A stretch of DNA of 64,000 bases from the NCBI GenBank assembly GCA_013695765.1, contig JACCZW010000097.1, positions 402 to 64,401 of the forward strand. Reading direction: 5' to 3'. The stretch is from Gammaproteobacteria bacterium. Its GTDB lineage: Bacteria; Pseudomonadota; Gammaproteobacteria; JACCYU01. A model generated the notes under the pieces. That model saw nothing but the letters and a program-made list of their open reading frames with translations. It did not search any database and was not told the origin of the DNA. Shown one piece after another: positions 19,950 to 30,804 of the stretch. Made by a program: the position numbers and the translations under genes. Position 1 is the stretch's first letter. Each line of letters starts with the position of its first letter.

Positions 19950-22829
19950 GTGTCACCGAAATCTTCTAATGAACCGGGCGGCTTGCCGGAGTCCCTGCGT
20001 GCCGAGGTCCAGCACCACTGGGAGGAGTTTGCGGCGCGCGATGCGTTGCTGGATCGGCAACAGGAAATCCTGCACGTGTGGGCCGCCAGCCCCTTAGCCG
20101 CCAAGACCTGCGTGCAGAACCCGCAACTGCTGTCTGAACTGGTCAGCTCCGGAGATCTTGCGCGCGCATACACACTGGACGAGATGTTCGGGCGCGTCGC
20201 CGGCGCGGTCGAGAACGCCGATTCTGAAAGCGCGCTGATGCGCGCCATGCGCGTATTGCGCCGCCGCGAGTGGCTGCGTATCGCCTGGCGAGATTTGAAT
20301 GGTGCTGCCGACCTGGATGAAACCTTGCGCGAACTCTCGGCAATGGCCGAGGGCTTTGTCGAGCAAGCGCTGAAAAGTTGCTATAACCGTGCGTGCGAAA
20401 GATATGGCGTGCCGCGCAACGCCAACGGCGCCGCGCAGCAACTGGTGGTGCTGGGCATGGGCAAGCTGGGTGGGGCCGAGCTGAATTTTTCGTCCGACAT
20501 CGATCTGATCTTCGCGTATCCGGAAGACGGCCAGACCGATGGCCGCCGCGCGCAGGACAATCGTGAGTTTTTCACCAGAATGGGGCAGAAATTCATCAAG
20601 GTATTGAGCGAATACACGGCCGACGGCTTCGTATTCCGCATCGACATGCGCCTGCGGCCGTTCGGCGACGGCCCGCTGGCGATCAGCTTCGACGCCATGG
20701 AGCATTACTACCAGACGCACGGCCGCGAGTGGGAGCGTTATGCCATGGTCAAGGCGCGGGTCATCGCCGGCGATCGCGCGGCGGGGGACGAACTGCTGCG
20801 GCGCCTGCGGCCCTTCGTCTATCGCCGTTATCTGGACTATGGCGCATTCGGCAGCCTGCGCGACATGAAGGCGCTGATCGACGGCGAGGTCAGCCGGCGC
20901 GAATTGATCGACAACATCAAGCTCGGCGCCGGTGGCATCCGCGAGATCGAGTTCATCTCGCAGGCATTCCAACTGGTGCGCGGCGGCCGCGATGCGGAAC
21001 TCCAGCAGCGCGAGTTGCGCGCCGTGCTGCCGTGCCTCGCCAGAAAAGGCCAGTTGGCGCAGGCGGATGTCGATGCATTGCTAGCAGCGTATACGTTCCT
21101 GCGGCGGGTCGAAAACCGCCTGCAGATGGTGGGCGATCAGCAGACGCACGCGCTGCCCGAGCAGGACTCCGAACGCGCGCGGCTCGCGTTCGCCATGAAT
21201 TTCCATGACTGGGCGTCATTCGCGAAAGCGCTGGATGAGCATCGCCGTGCAGTGCACGAGCGATTCGAGCACACCTTTGGCGAGCCCGGAGCCGCTGATC
21301 CCGAGACGGATAATACCGGCAGCCATCGCGCGCTGGTGGAGTTGTCGCAGGGCCGCATGGACGACGACCGCGCGCTAGCTCTGCTGCGCAAAGCCGGGTT
21401 CGACGATCCTGCCACCGTATTGCCGGCGATCAAGGCGCTCTACACCGGGCACGCCTATCAGGCGCAGGGCGAAACCAGCCGCGTGCGTCTTAACCGGCTG
21501 ATGCCCCTGCTGCTGGCGGAGGTCGCCAGCCAGCCTGAGGCGGCCCGGACCTTGTCGCGCATTCTGCCGCTTATCGAGGCCATCGCGCGACGCTCGGTTT
21601 ATCTCGCGTTGCTCGCCGAGCATCGCGAGGCGCTCGCGCAGCTCGTCAAACTTAGTGGCGCGAGCAAATGGATCGCGGAGTATCTGTCCAATCATCCAAT
21701 CCTGCTGGACGAATTGCTCAACCCGCGCGATCTCTACGCGCCGCCCGACCGGGACGGTCTCGCAGCACAGCTTGGCGATGAGTTTGCCCGTATCGACCCG
21801 TTCGACATGGAGGCGCAGATGGAGCGTTTGCGACAGTTCAAGCAGGTCAACGTGCTGCGCGTGGCGGCGGCCGATGTGATGGAAGCGTTGCCTTTGATGC
21901 GGATCAGCGATCAACTGACCTGGATCGCGGAGGTGATTCTGGAGCACGTGCTGAAGATCGCCTGGCAGCAGATGACGGCGCGTTACGGCAAGCCCGGCTG
22001 CGTGATCGACGGCGAGCGCTATACGCCGGGGTTCGCGATCATCGCGTACGGCAAACTCGGCGGCATCGAGCTCGGTTACGGTTCGGATCTGGATCTGGTT
22101 TATCTGCACGACAGCGCCGGCAAGCAGCAATGCACCGACGGCGGGAAATCGATCGATAACGCCACATTCTTCGGGCGTCTGGCCCAGCGAATCGTGCATG
22201 CGCTGACGGCGTTTACCCCCGCGGGTCAGCTTTACGAAGTGGACATGCGCCTGCGACCCAGCGGTGCTGCCGGGATTCTGGTCAGCGGCGTGCAGGCGTT
22301 CGAGCTCTATCAGCGCGACCGTGCCTGGACGTGGGAGCACCAGGCGCTGGCGCGCGCGCGACCGGTGGCCGGCAGTGCGGATATTTCTGCACGTTTTCAG
22401 CGCATGCGCGCCGGCACCCTGGTCTGCGCGCGAGACACGGCAAAGCTGCGCCACGAGGTTAAAGAGATGCGTGAGCGCATGTGGCGCGAGTTGGGCAGCC
22501 GCGACGCGACGCGCTTCGATTTGAAAAAAGACCCCGGCGGTATCGCCGACATCGAGTTTATGGTGCAATACCACGTGCTGGCGCATACGCACGATCACGG
22601 CGCTTTAAGTGAATTCACGGACAACATCCGGATTCTGGACGCACTCGTGGCCAGCGACTTGTTACCGGTCAAGGACGCGCGCTTTCTGCAGGACGTTTAT
22701 CGCGCATATCGCGACAGAGTCCACGCCCTGAGTCTGCAGGGCGACGCCGCGGTTGTGGATAGCCATGAATTCAGCGAACAGCGCGCCGGCGTCCAGCGGT
22801 TGTGGCGGGAGCTGATGGAAGTGTCCTGA
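19950..22829 (+). CDS. glnE: Bifunctional glutamine synthetase adenylyltransferase/deadenylase
   Basis: Two nucleotidyltransferase modules: GMGKLGGAELNFSSDIDL and YGKLGGIELGYGSDLDL, with DMRLRP twice. Confidence 0.97.
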   Translation: MSPKSSNEPGGLPESLRAEVQHHWEEFAARDALLDRQQEILHVWAASPLAAKTCVQNPQLLSELVSSGDLARAYTLDEMFGRVAGAVENADSESALMRAMRVLRRREWLRIAWRDLNGAADLDETLRELSAMAEGFVEQALKSCYNRACERYGVPRNANGAAQQLVVLGMGKLGGAELNFSSDIDLIFAYPEDGQTDGRRAQDNREFFTRMGQKFIKVLSEYTADGFVFRIDMRLRPFGDGPLAISFDAMEHYYQTHGREWERYAMVKARVIAGDRAAGDELLRRLRPFVYRRYLDYGAFGSLRDMKALIDGEVSRRELIDNIKLGAGGIREIEFISQAFQLVRGGRDAELQQRELRAVLPCLARKGQLAQADVDALLAAYTFLRRVENRLQMVGDQQTHALPEQDSERARLAFAMNFHDWASFAKALDEHRRAVHERFEHTFGEPGAADPETDNTGSHRALVELSQGRMDDDRALALLRKAGFDDPATVLPAIKALYTGHAYQAQGETSRVRLNRLMPLLLAEVASQPEAARTLSRILPLIEAIARRSVYLALLAEHREALAQLVKLSGASKWIAEYLSNHPILLDELLNPRDLYAPPDRDGLAAQLGDEFARIDPFDMEAQMERLRQFKQVNVLRVAAADVMEALPLMRISDQLTWIAEVILEHVLKIAWQQMTARYGKPGCVIDGERYTPGFAIIAYGKLGGIELGYGSDLDLVYLHDSAGKQQCTDGGKSIDNATFFGRLAQRIVHALTAFTPAGQLYEVDMRLRPSGAAGILVSGVQAFELYQRDRAWTWEHQALARARPVAGSADISARFQRMRAGTLVCARDTAKLRHEVKEMRERMWRELGSRDATRFDLKKDPGGIADIEFMVQYHVLAHTHDHGALSEFTDNIRILDALVASDLLPVKDARFLQDVYRAYRDRVHALSLQGDAAVVDSHEFSEQRAGVQRLWRELMEVS

Positions 22830-22980
22830 AAGCACGTAGAATACAAAGATTAAACGCGAAGTACGAAGGCGCGACACGCAAACTTGGGTCACGTTACAGG
22901 CGTACAGCAGGCAGATAGAGAATTGTCCGCAAGCATATTTTTTTACGCTTTATATCTAACCCTATGTTTTAGTTTATTGG

Positions 22981-23016
22981 CTTTGCGCCCTTTGCGCCCT
23001 TTGCGCCCTTTGCGCC
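22981..23016. repeat. Intergenic tandem repeat (CTTTGCGCC)x4
   Basis: Four exact 9-bp units followed by degenerate TCTGCG and CTTTGCG copies, between glnE and ilvE. Confidence 0.85.
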
Positions 23017-23094
23017 TCTGCGGGTCTTTGCGTAGAGTACTAAAGCCCAGTGAATCACGCGCAATAAATGTTTAATGTTTAAGGAGTAGGCACG

Positions 23095-24018
23095 ATGTCC
23101 ATGGCCGATCGTGACGGTCTGATCTGGTTCGACGGCGAAATGGTGCCTTGGCGAGAAGCCAAAGTGCACGTGCTGACGCATACCCTGCATTACGGTATGG
23201 GGGTTTTCGAGGGCGTGCGTGCGTATGAAACCCGTCGTGGCACGGCGATCTTCCGGCTTGCCGATCACACCAGGCGGCTGTTCAATTCTGCGCATATCTT
23301 GGGGATGGCCATGCCGTTCGACAAAGACGTGATCAACGCTGCGCAACGGGCGGTGGTGCGCAAGAACCAGCTCAAATCGGCCTACATTCGGCCCATGTGT
23401 TTCTACGGCGCGGAAGGCATGGGGCTGCACGCGCAAGGGTTGCGCGTGCACTGCATGATCGCGGCCTGGGAGTGGGGCTCGTATCTGGGCAAGGACAATC
23501 TCGAAAAAGGCTTGCGCATCAAAACCTCGTCGCTCACGCGCCATCACGTCAACATCACCATGTGCAAGGCCAAGGCCAACGGCAACTACATGAACTCCAT
23601 GCTCGCCCTTCAAGAGGCCACGCGCGACGGCTACGACGAGGCGCTGCTGCTGGACATCGAGGGTTACGTGGCCGAAGGCAGCGGCGAGAATATCTTCATC
23701 GTGAGCGACGGCGTGCTGTACACACCGGATCTTACCTCTGCACTGGACGGCATGACGCGCCGCACGATTATCACTCTGGCGGGGCAACTGGACATCCCGG
23801 TGCGCGAAAAGCGCATCTCGCGCGACGAGGTGTACATCGCCGACGAGGCGTTTTTCACCGGCACCGCCGCCGAAGTGGCGCCCATCCGCGAGCTGGACAA
23901 CCGTGCCATCGGCACCGGCCGGCGTGGCCCCATGACGGAACGCCTGCAGACCATGTTCTTCGATCTCGTCGTCGGCCGCCGCGACGACCATCAGGACTGG
24001 CTCACGCCGGTCGCGTGA
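23095..24018 (+). CDS. ilvE: Branched-chain amino acid aminotransferase
   Basis: HTLHYGMGVFEGVR, KAKANGNY, EGSGENIF and FFTGTAAEV; AAGGAG RBS. Confidence 0.97.
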   Translation: MSMADRDGLIWFDGEMVPWREAKVHVLTHTLHYGMGVFEGVRAYETRRGTAIFRLADHTRRLFNSAHILGMAMPFDKDVINAAQRAVVRKNQLKSAYIRPMCFYGAEGMGLHAQGLRVHCMIAAWEWGSYLGKDNLEKGLRIKTSSLTRHHVNITMCKAKANGNYMNSMLALQEATRDGYDEALLLDIEGYVAEGSGENIFIVSDGVLYTPDLTSALDGMTRRTIITLAGQLDIPVREKRISRDEVYIADEAFFTGTAAEVAPIRELDNRAIGTGRRGPMTERLQTMFFDLVVGRRDDHQDWLTPVA

Positions 24019-24032
24019 GCTTAAAGAACGCC

Positions 24033-24254
24033 ATGCCCAACCCGCACAGTTCGGACGCGCAGGATAAGTTCACAACGCCCAACGACCGGCGCAGCTATAC
24101 CATCGCGCGCGCGGACCTGCCGCTGCACTGCCCGCTGCCGGGCATGAGCCTGTGGGATTCGCACCCATTGGTTTATATCCCCATCGAAGACAGCAAAAAG
24201 GGGCGCATGCGCTGCCCTTATTGCAGTACCGAATACGTGCTGGAGCCCGAATAG
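24033..24254 (+). CDS. Small zinc-finger (zf-CHCC) protein
   Basis: DLPLHCP...WDSHPLVYIP...CPYC; commonly found downstream of ilvE; C-terminal part of ORF 23397..24254. Confidence 0.85.
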   Translation: MPNPHSSDAQDKFTTPNDRRSYTIARADLPLHCPLPGMSLWDSHPLVYIPIEDSKKGRMRCPYCSTEYVLEPE

Positions 24255-24367
24255 CCCGAACGGGTTGGCACTTTCATGCGCTCCGTCACTCGAGCGCCGT
24301 GCCGCTAAGGGCGCGCGTTCATCAAGTGCGCCCGTAGAACAGATATTTGCGAACGAACCGCGTATTT

Positions 24368-25732
24368 ATGGAACCCCTCGGGCGTTTGCACGTATTCCTG
24401 GCCGAGAAGGTGTTTCCGACGCGCTGGGATCGTGTTGGGGGCGCAAGACCGGCGGTTGAGACCATCGGTCTGCTCGGTTTCGCATTGATGGCGCTGGCAC
24501 TAGGGCTGGGCAACACCGGACAAAGTATAGGCATGGCCGTGTTGTTTATCGCGAGCCTTGGTGCCTGGCCGCACCTTTGGTCAGGGCTGAAAAAGGACTG
24601 GGTGGCCCGTGCGGTGCTAATCGGTTTTTGTCTCGTAATGCTGCGCACGAGTTGGGCGGTTTTGGAAATGCCGGCGCTCGCGGCCGATCGATGGGATAGC
24701 GCGCGATCTATCTCCAGAATGCTGACATTTCCGCTGGCCTGCTGGTGGCTGGGCGGCAGCTTAAGGTCGATCAAGTCGATGGTTATTTTGGTATTAGCGG
24801 GCGCCGTGATCAATATCGTGTATTACGGTAACTGGACCTACGTTGATTTGCTTTCACTCTCGCAACGCCGCTCGTTCGGCGGCGATGCCCGCATGGAGGG
24901 ATTGCTCGAAGCCAGCATCCTGGCCGGAATGATCGCTTTCGCGCGCAACTGGTGGGGCGCGTCTTCAAACAGGCCGGCTTTTGTCGCGCGTGTGGCGCTG
25001 TGGCTGTTTTTCTTCCTGTTGATGCTATGGGCGCTGATCGTTGTTCAGGCTAATGCGGCCTGGGTCGCCGGCATTGTTGCTGGTTTGCTGTTCTTCGGCT
25101 GGTTCGTTCGACGTGCGTTTCAGCAGGGTAAGGACAGCGGCGCGCAGCTAATGCGCGTGATGGTGCTGGCCCTGCTCCTCGGCGCGGGAGCCCTGCTGGT
25201 CGCTTTCGGAGATACGCTTGGCAATCGCGTGCTTGATCTGCGTGAAACTTCTGCATTGCTATTTCGAGGCGAGGTGGAGAAGGTTGAGAGTCCGTCGATT
25301 GCCGGTCGCGCCTACATGCTCGATGTCGGGTGGAACGCCTGGCTTCGAAGACCGCTTCTTGGCTGGGGCCCGGGAATTGGCCGATTCCTTGTTTACAGGT
25401 CGGACGTGCCGAAGGCATATAAGGGCTCATCGGAACTGCATAACAATTACCTGGATGTGCTCATGCAATTCGGTGTCGTCGGTGCGCTGCTTTTTTTTGG
25501 ATTCTGGTTGCGGCTGATCACCCGTTTCGCGGCGCGAGTGCGTGCAGGCAGGATTCCTGCCGACGTGGGTGGATTTGTGCTCGCAATTTCTTTGATGTTT
25601 TTTATCGTCAATATCACAGACACCTATATTGCCTTTCAGTTTGGCTGGTTTTACATGGCGTTTCTTTGTGCGCTGTTGCACAGTCCGTTAATGCGATCCG
25701 CAACTGAAACAGAACAGGCTATAGATGCGTAA
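24368..25732 (+). CDS. O-antigen ligase (WaaL/Wzy_C) family membrane protein
   Basis: Multiple TM segments, SIAGR...RPLLGWGPG...ELHNNYLDVLMQFGVVG; LPS cluster context. Confidence 0.82.
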   Translation: MEPLGRLHVFLAEKVFPTRWDRVGGARPAVETIGLLGFALMALALGLGNTGQSIGMAVLFIASLGAWPHLWSGLKKDWVARAVLIGFCLVMLRTSWAVLEMPALAADRWDSARSISRMLTFPLACWWLGGSLRSIKSMVILVLAGAVINIVYYGNWTYVDLLSLSQRRSFGGDARMEGLLEASILAGMIAFARNWWGASSNRPAFVARVALWLFFFLLMLWALIVVQANAAWVAGIVAGLLFFGWFVRRAFQQGKDSGAQLMRVMVLALLLGAGALLVAFGDTLGNRVLDLRETSALLFRGEVEKVESPSIAGRAYMLDVGWNAWLRRPLLGWGPGIGRFLVYRSDVPKAYKGSSELHNNYLDVLMQFGVVGALLFFGFWLRLITRFAARVRAGRIPADVGGFVLAISLMFFIVNITDTYIAFQFGWFYMAFLCALLHSPLMRSATETEQAIDA

Positions 25733-25975
25733 GTGAGAGTTGGGCTGACCAACTTCAGGAAGGGATTCAGCATGTATAACTTTGAACATACCTGCTGGAT
25801 TACGCCAACCTGTATGAATGATCTGCGTCGCAGATCCGGTCTGAAGCTAGTCTGGAATGTCATGGTCATAAAGCCGAACTCTTTCAAATATTACATGATG
25901 AAGCTATTGCCGTTTACGAAATCGTGGATAGAAGGGTATACAAAAGAGTACATCTACATACTTAAGAGTGAGTGA
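25733..25975 (+). pseudogene. Short AT-rich ORF, possibly the C-terminal remnant of a larger gene
   Basis: 80 aa, GTG immediately after the preceding stop, visibly AT-richer, no recognisable N-terminus. Confidence 0.35.
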
Positions 25976-26012
25976 CGGGCGCCCCAGCGCGCATCTGTCG
26001 ACCTAGCCGGGC

Positions 26013-27122
26013 ATGGCCACGATCATCCAGGTTTGCTTGTCCTCTAACTGCGGCGGATTGGAGATTTATATCGAGCGGATAAGCCGCGCACTCTCGCACA
26101 GAGGACATCGGGTGCAAGTGGTCACACTGGCGGGAACCTATCTGTCACAGCGGTTGCCCGCCGAGATTAACTACCCAATAAAGACCCATGGAATAGGCGA
26201 TGCAGCAAGGTTTAGCCTTGGCATTTCAAACAGGATTCTTGCCGAAAATGCAGATGTAGTGCATGTGCATGGTGGACGTGAACTGCCCTTTGCGGTCCTC
26301 GCCAAGCTCCGTTTCCGCCGCCGCATGCGCCTGGTTTATTCCAGGCATATCGTTCTGAATCGCTCCAAGAAAGATCTATGGCACCGGGTCTTGTACCGGC
26401 ACGTAGATGCATATCTGGCGGTGTCTGAGCAGATACGGGAGCAGGCCCTGCGGCGTGTGCCAATACCTTCCGAAAGGGTTCATTTTCTGCATCATGGTAT
26501 GGAATTACCTGCTAATGAACCGGATGCGCGCGCCCTCGCACGAGCGAAGCTCGGGTTCCGGGATAACTGCTTCCTGGTAGGCTCTTTCTCCCGCATCGAA
26601 CTTGCCAAAGGCCAGCATACCTTGATAGAAGCCGTCAGCCTCTTGCGGAAAAAAGCCGTGGATGTGCAGGCGTTTATCATGGGACACGTGTCGGAGGCCG
26701 CTTACGGGGAACACCTGACACGGCTCGTTCGCGAGTTGCAACTGGATGCGCACGTCATATTCCTCGACTTCGTTCCTGACGCCCATCGGCTCATGAGCGC
26801 TTGTGATGCCGTCGTGGTGCCTTCGAAGCAGGAAGGTTTCGGCCTGGTGGTGATTGAAGCCATGGCGGCAGGCATTCCCGTAATCGGAACTCGTGGCGCG
26901 GGCGGCATGTTAAATCTTATGGAGCACGAAAAGAATGGCTTGCTGTTTGACTGGGAGGATGCAGCGATGCTTGCGCAACAACTGGAGGCTCTCTATCAAG
27001 ATCCTGATTTACGTGCGCGCCTGGGGTGCAATGGCCGCAGCCTCGTTGAACGTCATTTCAGTTTGGAGGATCATCTGAACGCACTGGAGAATCATTTTTT
27101 CGGCCATGCCGCGAGCGGTTAG
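26013..27122 (+). CDS. GT4 family glycosyltransferase
   Basis: GGLE N-terminus, RIELAKGQ and PSKQEGFGLVVIEAMAAGIPVIG (EX7E motif). Confidence 0.9.
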   Translation: MATIIQVCLSSNCGGLEIYIERISRALSHRGHRVQVVTLAGTYLSQRLPAEINYPIKTHGIGDAARFSLGISNRILAENADVVHVHGGRELPFAVLAKLRFRRRMRLVYSRHIVLNRSKKDLWHRVLYRHVDAYLAVSEQIREQALRRVPIPSERVHFLHHGMELPANEPDARALARAKLGFRDNCFLVGSFSRIELAKGQHTLIEAVSLLRKKAVDVQAFIMGHVSEAAYGEHLTRLVRELQLDAHVIFLDFVPDAHRLMSACDAVVVPSKQEGFGLVVIEAMAAGIPVIGTRGAGGMLNLMEHEKNGLLFDWEDAAMLAQQLEALYQDPDLRARLGCNGRSLVERHFSLEDHLNALENHFFGHAASG

Positions 27123-27323
27123 GTCGCATAATCCAACCCGTCAACGAAACAGCGCGGAACGGCCACGCCCGGCGCGGGATTTTTCGCGTTCGGTCCGTTA
27201 CGATCGCTAAGAGCGGGTCATGCGGGACGCGGTCGGCGCTTGAATCGCGCGTCTTAATCGTCGAGTGGTCTGAGAACGATCGATCGTATAAGCTAATTCC
27301 GCTCAACCGAAGCCACTGACTGA

Positions 27324-28751
27324 ATGCGATATTCAATTCCGGGTTTCTCCAACGCCCGAGTGCTGGTGGTCGGCGACCTGATGCTTGACCGCTACTGGTA
27401 TGGCACGACCTCGCGGATCTCGCCTGAGGCGCCGGTACCGGTCGTTAATGTCGGCAAGGTGGAAGAGCGTGCGGGCGGCGCGGGCAATGTAGCGCTCAAT
27501 GTCGCGGCACTTGGTTGCGCCGTAACCCTGATCGGGTTCACTGGTGACGATCAGGCGGCGACCTCGCTCAAGACGCTGCTGGAACGCGACGGCGTGCGCT
27601 GTAAATTTAACGCTGTCGGGCAACGGAAGACCAGCACCAAGTTGCGCGTGATCAGCCGCCATCAGCAATTGATCCGCCTGGACTTCGAGGATGGCTTCGC
27701 GGATGTCGATCAGGCGGCGCTGTCAGGCTCGTACGCGCGCGACCTGGCAGCGCATGATCTCGTGATTCTGTCCGATTACGGCAAAGGTACCTTAAGCGAC
27801 GTTCAAACGCTCATTGCACATGCACGCCGCGCCGGCAAGCCGGTGTTGATCGATCCGAAGGGTGCGGATTTCGCACGTTATCGCGGCGCCACCGCCATTA
27901 CGCCGAATCAGACCGAGTTCGAGGCGGTGGCAGGAATTTGCGCGGATGACGCGGAGATGGCCGCGCAAGGGCAGCGGCTACTCGCCGAGCTTGAGCTGGA
28001 TGCGCTGCTCGTCACCCGCAGCGAAAAAGGCATACTGCTGTTGCGAGCCGGTTCGCTGCCGCTGGATTTTCCCACCCATGTCAGTGATGTGTTCGACGTC
28101 ACGGGCGCCGGCGATACCGTGATCGGCGTGCTGGGCGCGGCACTCGCGGTCGGAACGCCTATGCCGGAGGCGGTCGCGCTGGCGAACCTCGCGGCGGGTG
28201 TCGTGGTCCGCAAGCTCGGTACGGCCATTGCGTCTTTGCGCGAGCTTCAGACCGCGATGCTGAAGCACAAACCCCTGCAACGCGGGCTCGTGACTGAAGT
28301 AGCGCTCCTTGCGTTGGTCGAAAAGGCGCGCGCCAGCGGCGAGAGCGTGGTGATGACCAATGGCTGTTTCGATATTCTGCACGCGGGTCACGTGGCGTAT
28401 CTTTCGCAGGCCGCGCAGCGGGGAGATCGGTTGGTGGTGGCGGTCAACGATGACGACTCGGTGCGGCGGTTGAAGGGAAAGGGTCGTCCGGTCAATCCGC
28501 TGATGCTGCGCATGGCGGTGCTGGCCGGGCTGGAAAGCGTAGACTGGGTGGTCTCGTTTACAGAAGACACGCCGCGACGGCTGATCGAGGCGTTAAGTCC
28601 CGACACGTTAGTCAAGGGCGGTGATTATCGGCCCGACGACGTGGCAGGCGGCGACTGCGTGCGTGCGTGCGGCGGCGAGGTCGTGGTACTGGATTTCATC
28701 GATGGTTGTTCCACCAGCGCAATGATCGCCGCGATACGCAAAGACATCTGA
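27324..28751 (+). CDS. hldE: Bifunctional heptose-7-phosphate kinase / heptose-1-phosphate adenylyltransferase
   Basis: [18 protein letters not shown] and [12 protein letters not shown]. Confidence 0.96.
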   Translation: MRYSIPGFSNARVLVVGDLMLDRYWYGTTSRISPEAPVPVVNVGKVEERAGGAGNVALNVAALGCAVTLIGFTGDDQAATSLKTLLERDGVRCKFNAVGQRKTSTKLRVISRHQQLIRLDFEDGFADVDQAALSGSYARDLAAHDLVILSDYGKGTLSDVQTLIAHARRAGKPVLIDPKGADFARYRGATAITPNQTEFEAVAGICADDAEMAAQGQRLLAELELDALLVTRSEKGILLLRAGSLPLDFPTHVSDVFDVTGAGDTVIGVLGAALAVGTPMPEAVALANLAAGVVVRKLGTAIASLRELQTAMLKHKPLQRGLVTEVALLALVEKARASGESVVMTNGCFDILHAGHVAYLSQAAQRGDRLVVAVNDDDSVRRLKGKGRPVNPLMLRMAVLAGLESVDWVVSFTEDTPRRLIEALSPDTLVKGGDYRPDDVAGGDCVRACGGEVVVLDFIDGCSTSAMIAAIRKDI

Positions 28752-28756
28752 AACGC

Positions 28757-29719
28757 ATGATTATCGTAACCGGTGGCGCCGGGTTTATCGGCAGCAACAT
28801 CGTCCGGGCGCTCAATGCTCGGGGTCGCACCGACATTCTGGTGGTCGACAATTTGCGCAACGGCGCCAAGTTCGTGAATCTCGCTGACTGCGATATACAC
28901 GATTATCTGGACAGAGACGATTTCTTGCGGCGCGTGTGCAATGGCAAAGAGTTCGGCGGCGCCATCGAGGCGGTGTTTCATCAGGGCGCGTGCGCGACCA
29001 CCACCGAGTGGGACGGACGCTACATGCTGGACAACAACTACGAATACTCCAAGGCGCTGCTGCACTATAGTCTGGCGCGCGGTGCGCCGTTCATTTACGC
29101 CTCATCGGCCTCGGTGTACGGCATGGGCCCGGTATTCAAGGAAGCTCGTCGCCACGAACGGCCGCTAAACGTTTACGGCTACTCGAAGTTTCTGTTCGAT
29201 CAATACGTGCGCCGCGCGCTGGCCTCCGCGCAAAACCCTGTCGTCGGCCTGCGGTATTTCAACGTGTACGGCCCGGCCGAGCAGCACAAGGGCTCGATGG
29301 CGAGCGTTGCGTTTCATTTCAACCGGCAGGTGCTGGACGACGGCAAGATTAAGTTGTTCAAGGGTTCGGACGGCTACGCCGACGGCGAACAGCGCCGCGA
29401 TTTTATCTATGTCGGCGACGTAGCCGATGTAAATCTCTGGTTGCTCGATCATCCGCGCGTCAGCGGGATATTCAACCTCGGCACCGGCCGCAGCCAGACA
29501 TTCAACGAGATAGCGCGCGCGGTGATCGGCTATCACGGGTCGGGCGAGATCGAGTACATCCCGTTCCCGGACGCGCTTCAGGGTCGTTACCAGAGTTTTA
29601 CCGAAGCCGATATGACGCGCTTGAGCGAGGCGGGGCTTGTGCATCGCTTCAGACCGGTGGAAGAGGGTGTCCCGCTATATCTGGATGCGCTCATAAGGGA
29701 GCCGCGCAACGTATCATGA
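28757..29719 (+). CDS. hldD: ADP-L-glycero-D-manno-heptose 6-epimerase
   Basis: [32 protein letters not shown] and [11 protein letters not shown]. Confidence 0.96.
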   Translation: MIIVTGGAGFIGSNIVRALNARGRTDILVVDNLRNGAKFVNLADCDIHDYLDRDDFLRRVCNGKEFGGAIEAVFHQGACATTTEWDGRYMLDNNYEYSKALLHYSLARGAPFIYASSASVYGMGPVFKEARRHERPLNVYGYSKFLFDQYVRRALASAQNPVVGLRYFNVYGPAEQHKGSMASVAFHFNRQVLDDGKIKLFKGSDGYADGEQRRDFIYVGDVADVNLWLLDHPRVSGIFNLGTGRSQTFNEIARAVIGYHGSGEIEYIPFPDALQGRYQSFTEADMTRLSEAGLVHRFRPVEEGVPLYLDALIREPRNVS

Positions 29720-30804
29720 CGCCCCATACGACGGCCCGCCCGGCACGCGTGCTGGTTGTGGGTCCGGCATGGGTCGGCGATATGATCATGGCGCAGACGC
29801 TGTTCAAGACTTTGCGCCACGAGCACCCGGACATCGAGATCGACGTGCTGGCGCCGGGCTGGTCGGCACCGCTGCTGGCGCGCATGCCGGAGGTGCGAAA
29901 AGCCGTGCAGGTGCCGCTGGGACACGGCGAGTTAGGTCTACGTACACGGTATCGGCTGGGCCGCGAACTGGCGGGGCGCGAATACGATCAGGCGCTGGTT
30001 CTGCCGCGTTCGTTCAAATCGGCCCTGATTCCCTGGTTTGCGCAGGTGCCGCGCCGCACGGGGTATCTGGGCGAGAGCCGTTACGGTTTGATTAACGACC
30101 GGCGGGCGCTGGATCGAGCGGCCGTGCCGCTGATGGTGCAGCGCTATGTCGGTCTGGGGCTTGAACCGGGTGTCGGTGCGCCGCACCTCGACAAGCTGCC
30201 GCGGCCAGCCCTGACCGTGGACGCGGCCAATGGCTCGCGGCTCGCGGAGAAACTGGGCCTTTCCACGACCGCGCCAGCGGTCGGGTTGATGCCCGGTGCG
30301 GAGTATGGTCCGGCCAAGCAGTGGCCGCCTGAATACTACGCTGACCTTGCGCGGAGGCTGGTGCAAAAGGGCGTGCAAAGCTGGGTGTTTGGATCGCAAA
30401 AGGATTTTGAACTCGGCGAGCGCATCGTCGCGCCGGTCCCGCCCGGTTTAACTCCGGGCGTTGTTAATCTATGCGGCAAAACGCATTTGCACGATGCCAT
30501 CGATCTGCTCGCGCGCGTGAAAATTGCGGTGACTAACGATTCCGGTCTCATGCACGTGGCCGCCGCCGTGGGCGTACCGTTAATTGCGATATATGGCTCC
30601 TCGACACCGGCCTACACTCCCCCGATGAGCGATCTGGCGTCCGTTATGTATACCGGCATCGAATGTAGCCCCTGCTTTGATCGCACCTGCCGCTATGGCC
30701 ACTATCGGTGCCTGCGCGAGATCACGGCCACAGGGGTTTTAGAGCAAGTTTGCAGACTTTTATCAACAACGCGCAACCCATGCAAAGCCGACACTTCGTT
30801 CTGA
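29716..30804 (+). CDS. waaF: LPS heptosyltransferase II
   Basis: [26 protein letters not shown] and [11 protein letters not shown]. Confidence 0.93.
   Translation: MTPHTTARPARVLVVGPAWVGDMIMAQTLFKTLRHEHPDIEIDVLAPGWSAPLLARMPEVRKAVQVPLGHGELGLRTRYRLGRELAGREYDQALVLPRSFKSALIPWFAQVPRRTGYLGESRYGLINDRRALDRAAVPLMVQRYVGLGLEPGVGAPHLDKLPRPALTVDAANGSRLAEKLGLSTTAPAVGLMPGAEYGPAKQWPPEYYADLARRLVQKGVQSWVFGSQKDFELGERIVAPVPPGLTPGVVNLCGKTHLHDAIDLLARVKIAVTNDSGLMHVAAAVGVPLIAIYGSSTPAYTPPMSDLASVMYTGIECSPCFDRTCRYGHYRCLREITATGVLEQVCRLLSTTRNPCKADTSF

Noticed and set aside
22969-23991. 340-aa minus-strand ORF ending in AKG repeats
   Set aside because: Antisense to ilvE; the tail is just the translated 9-bp intergenic repeat.
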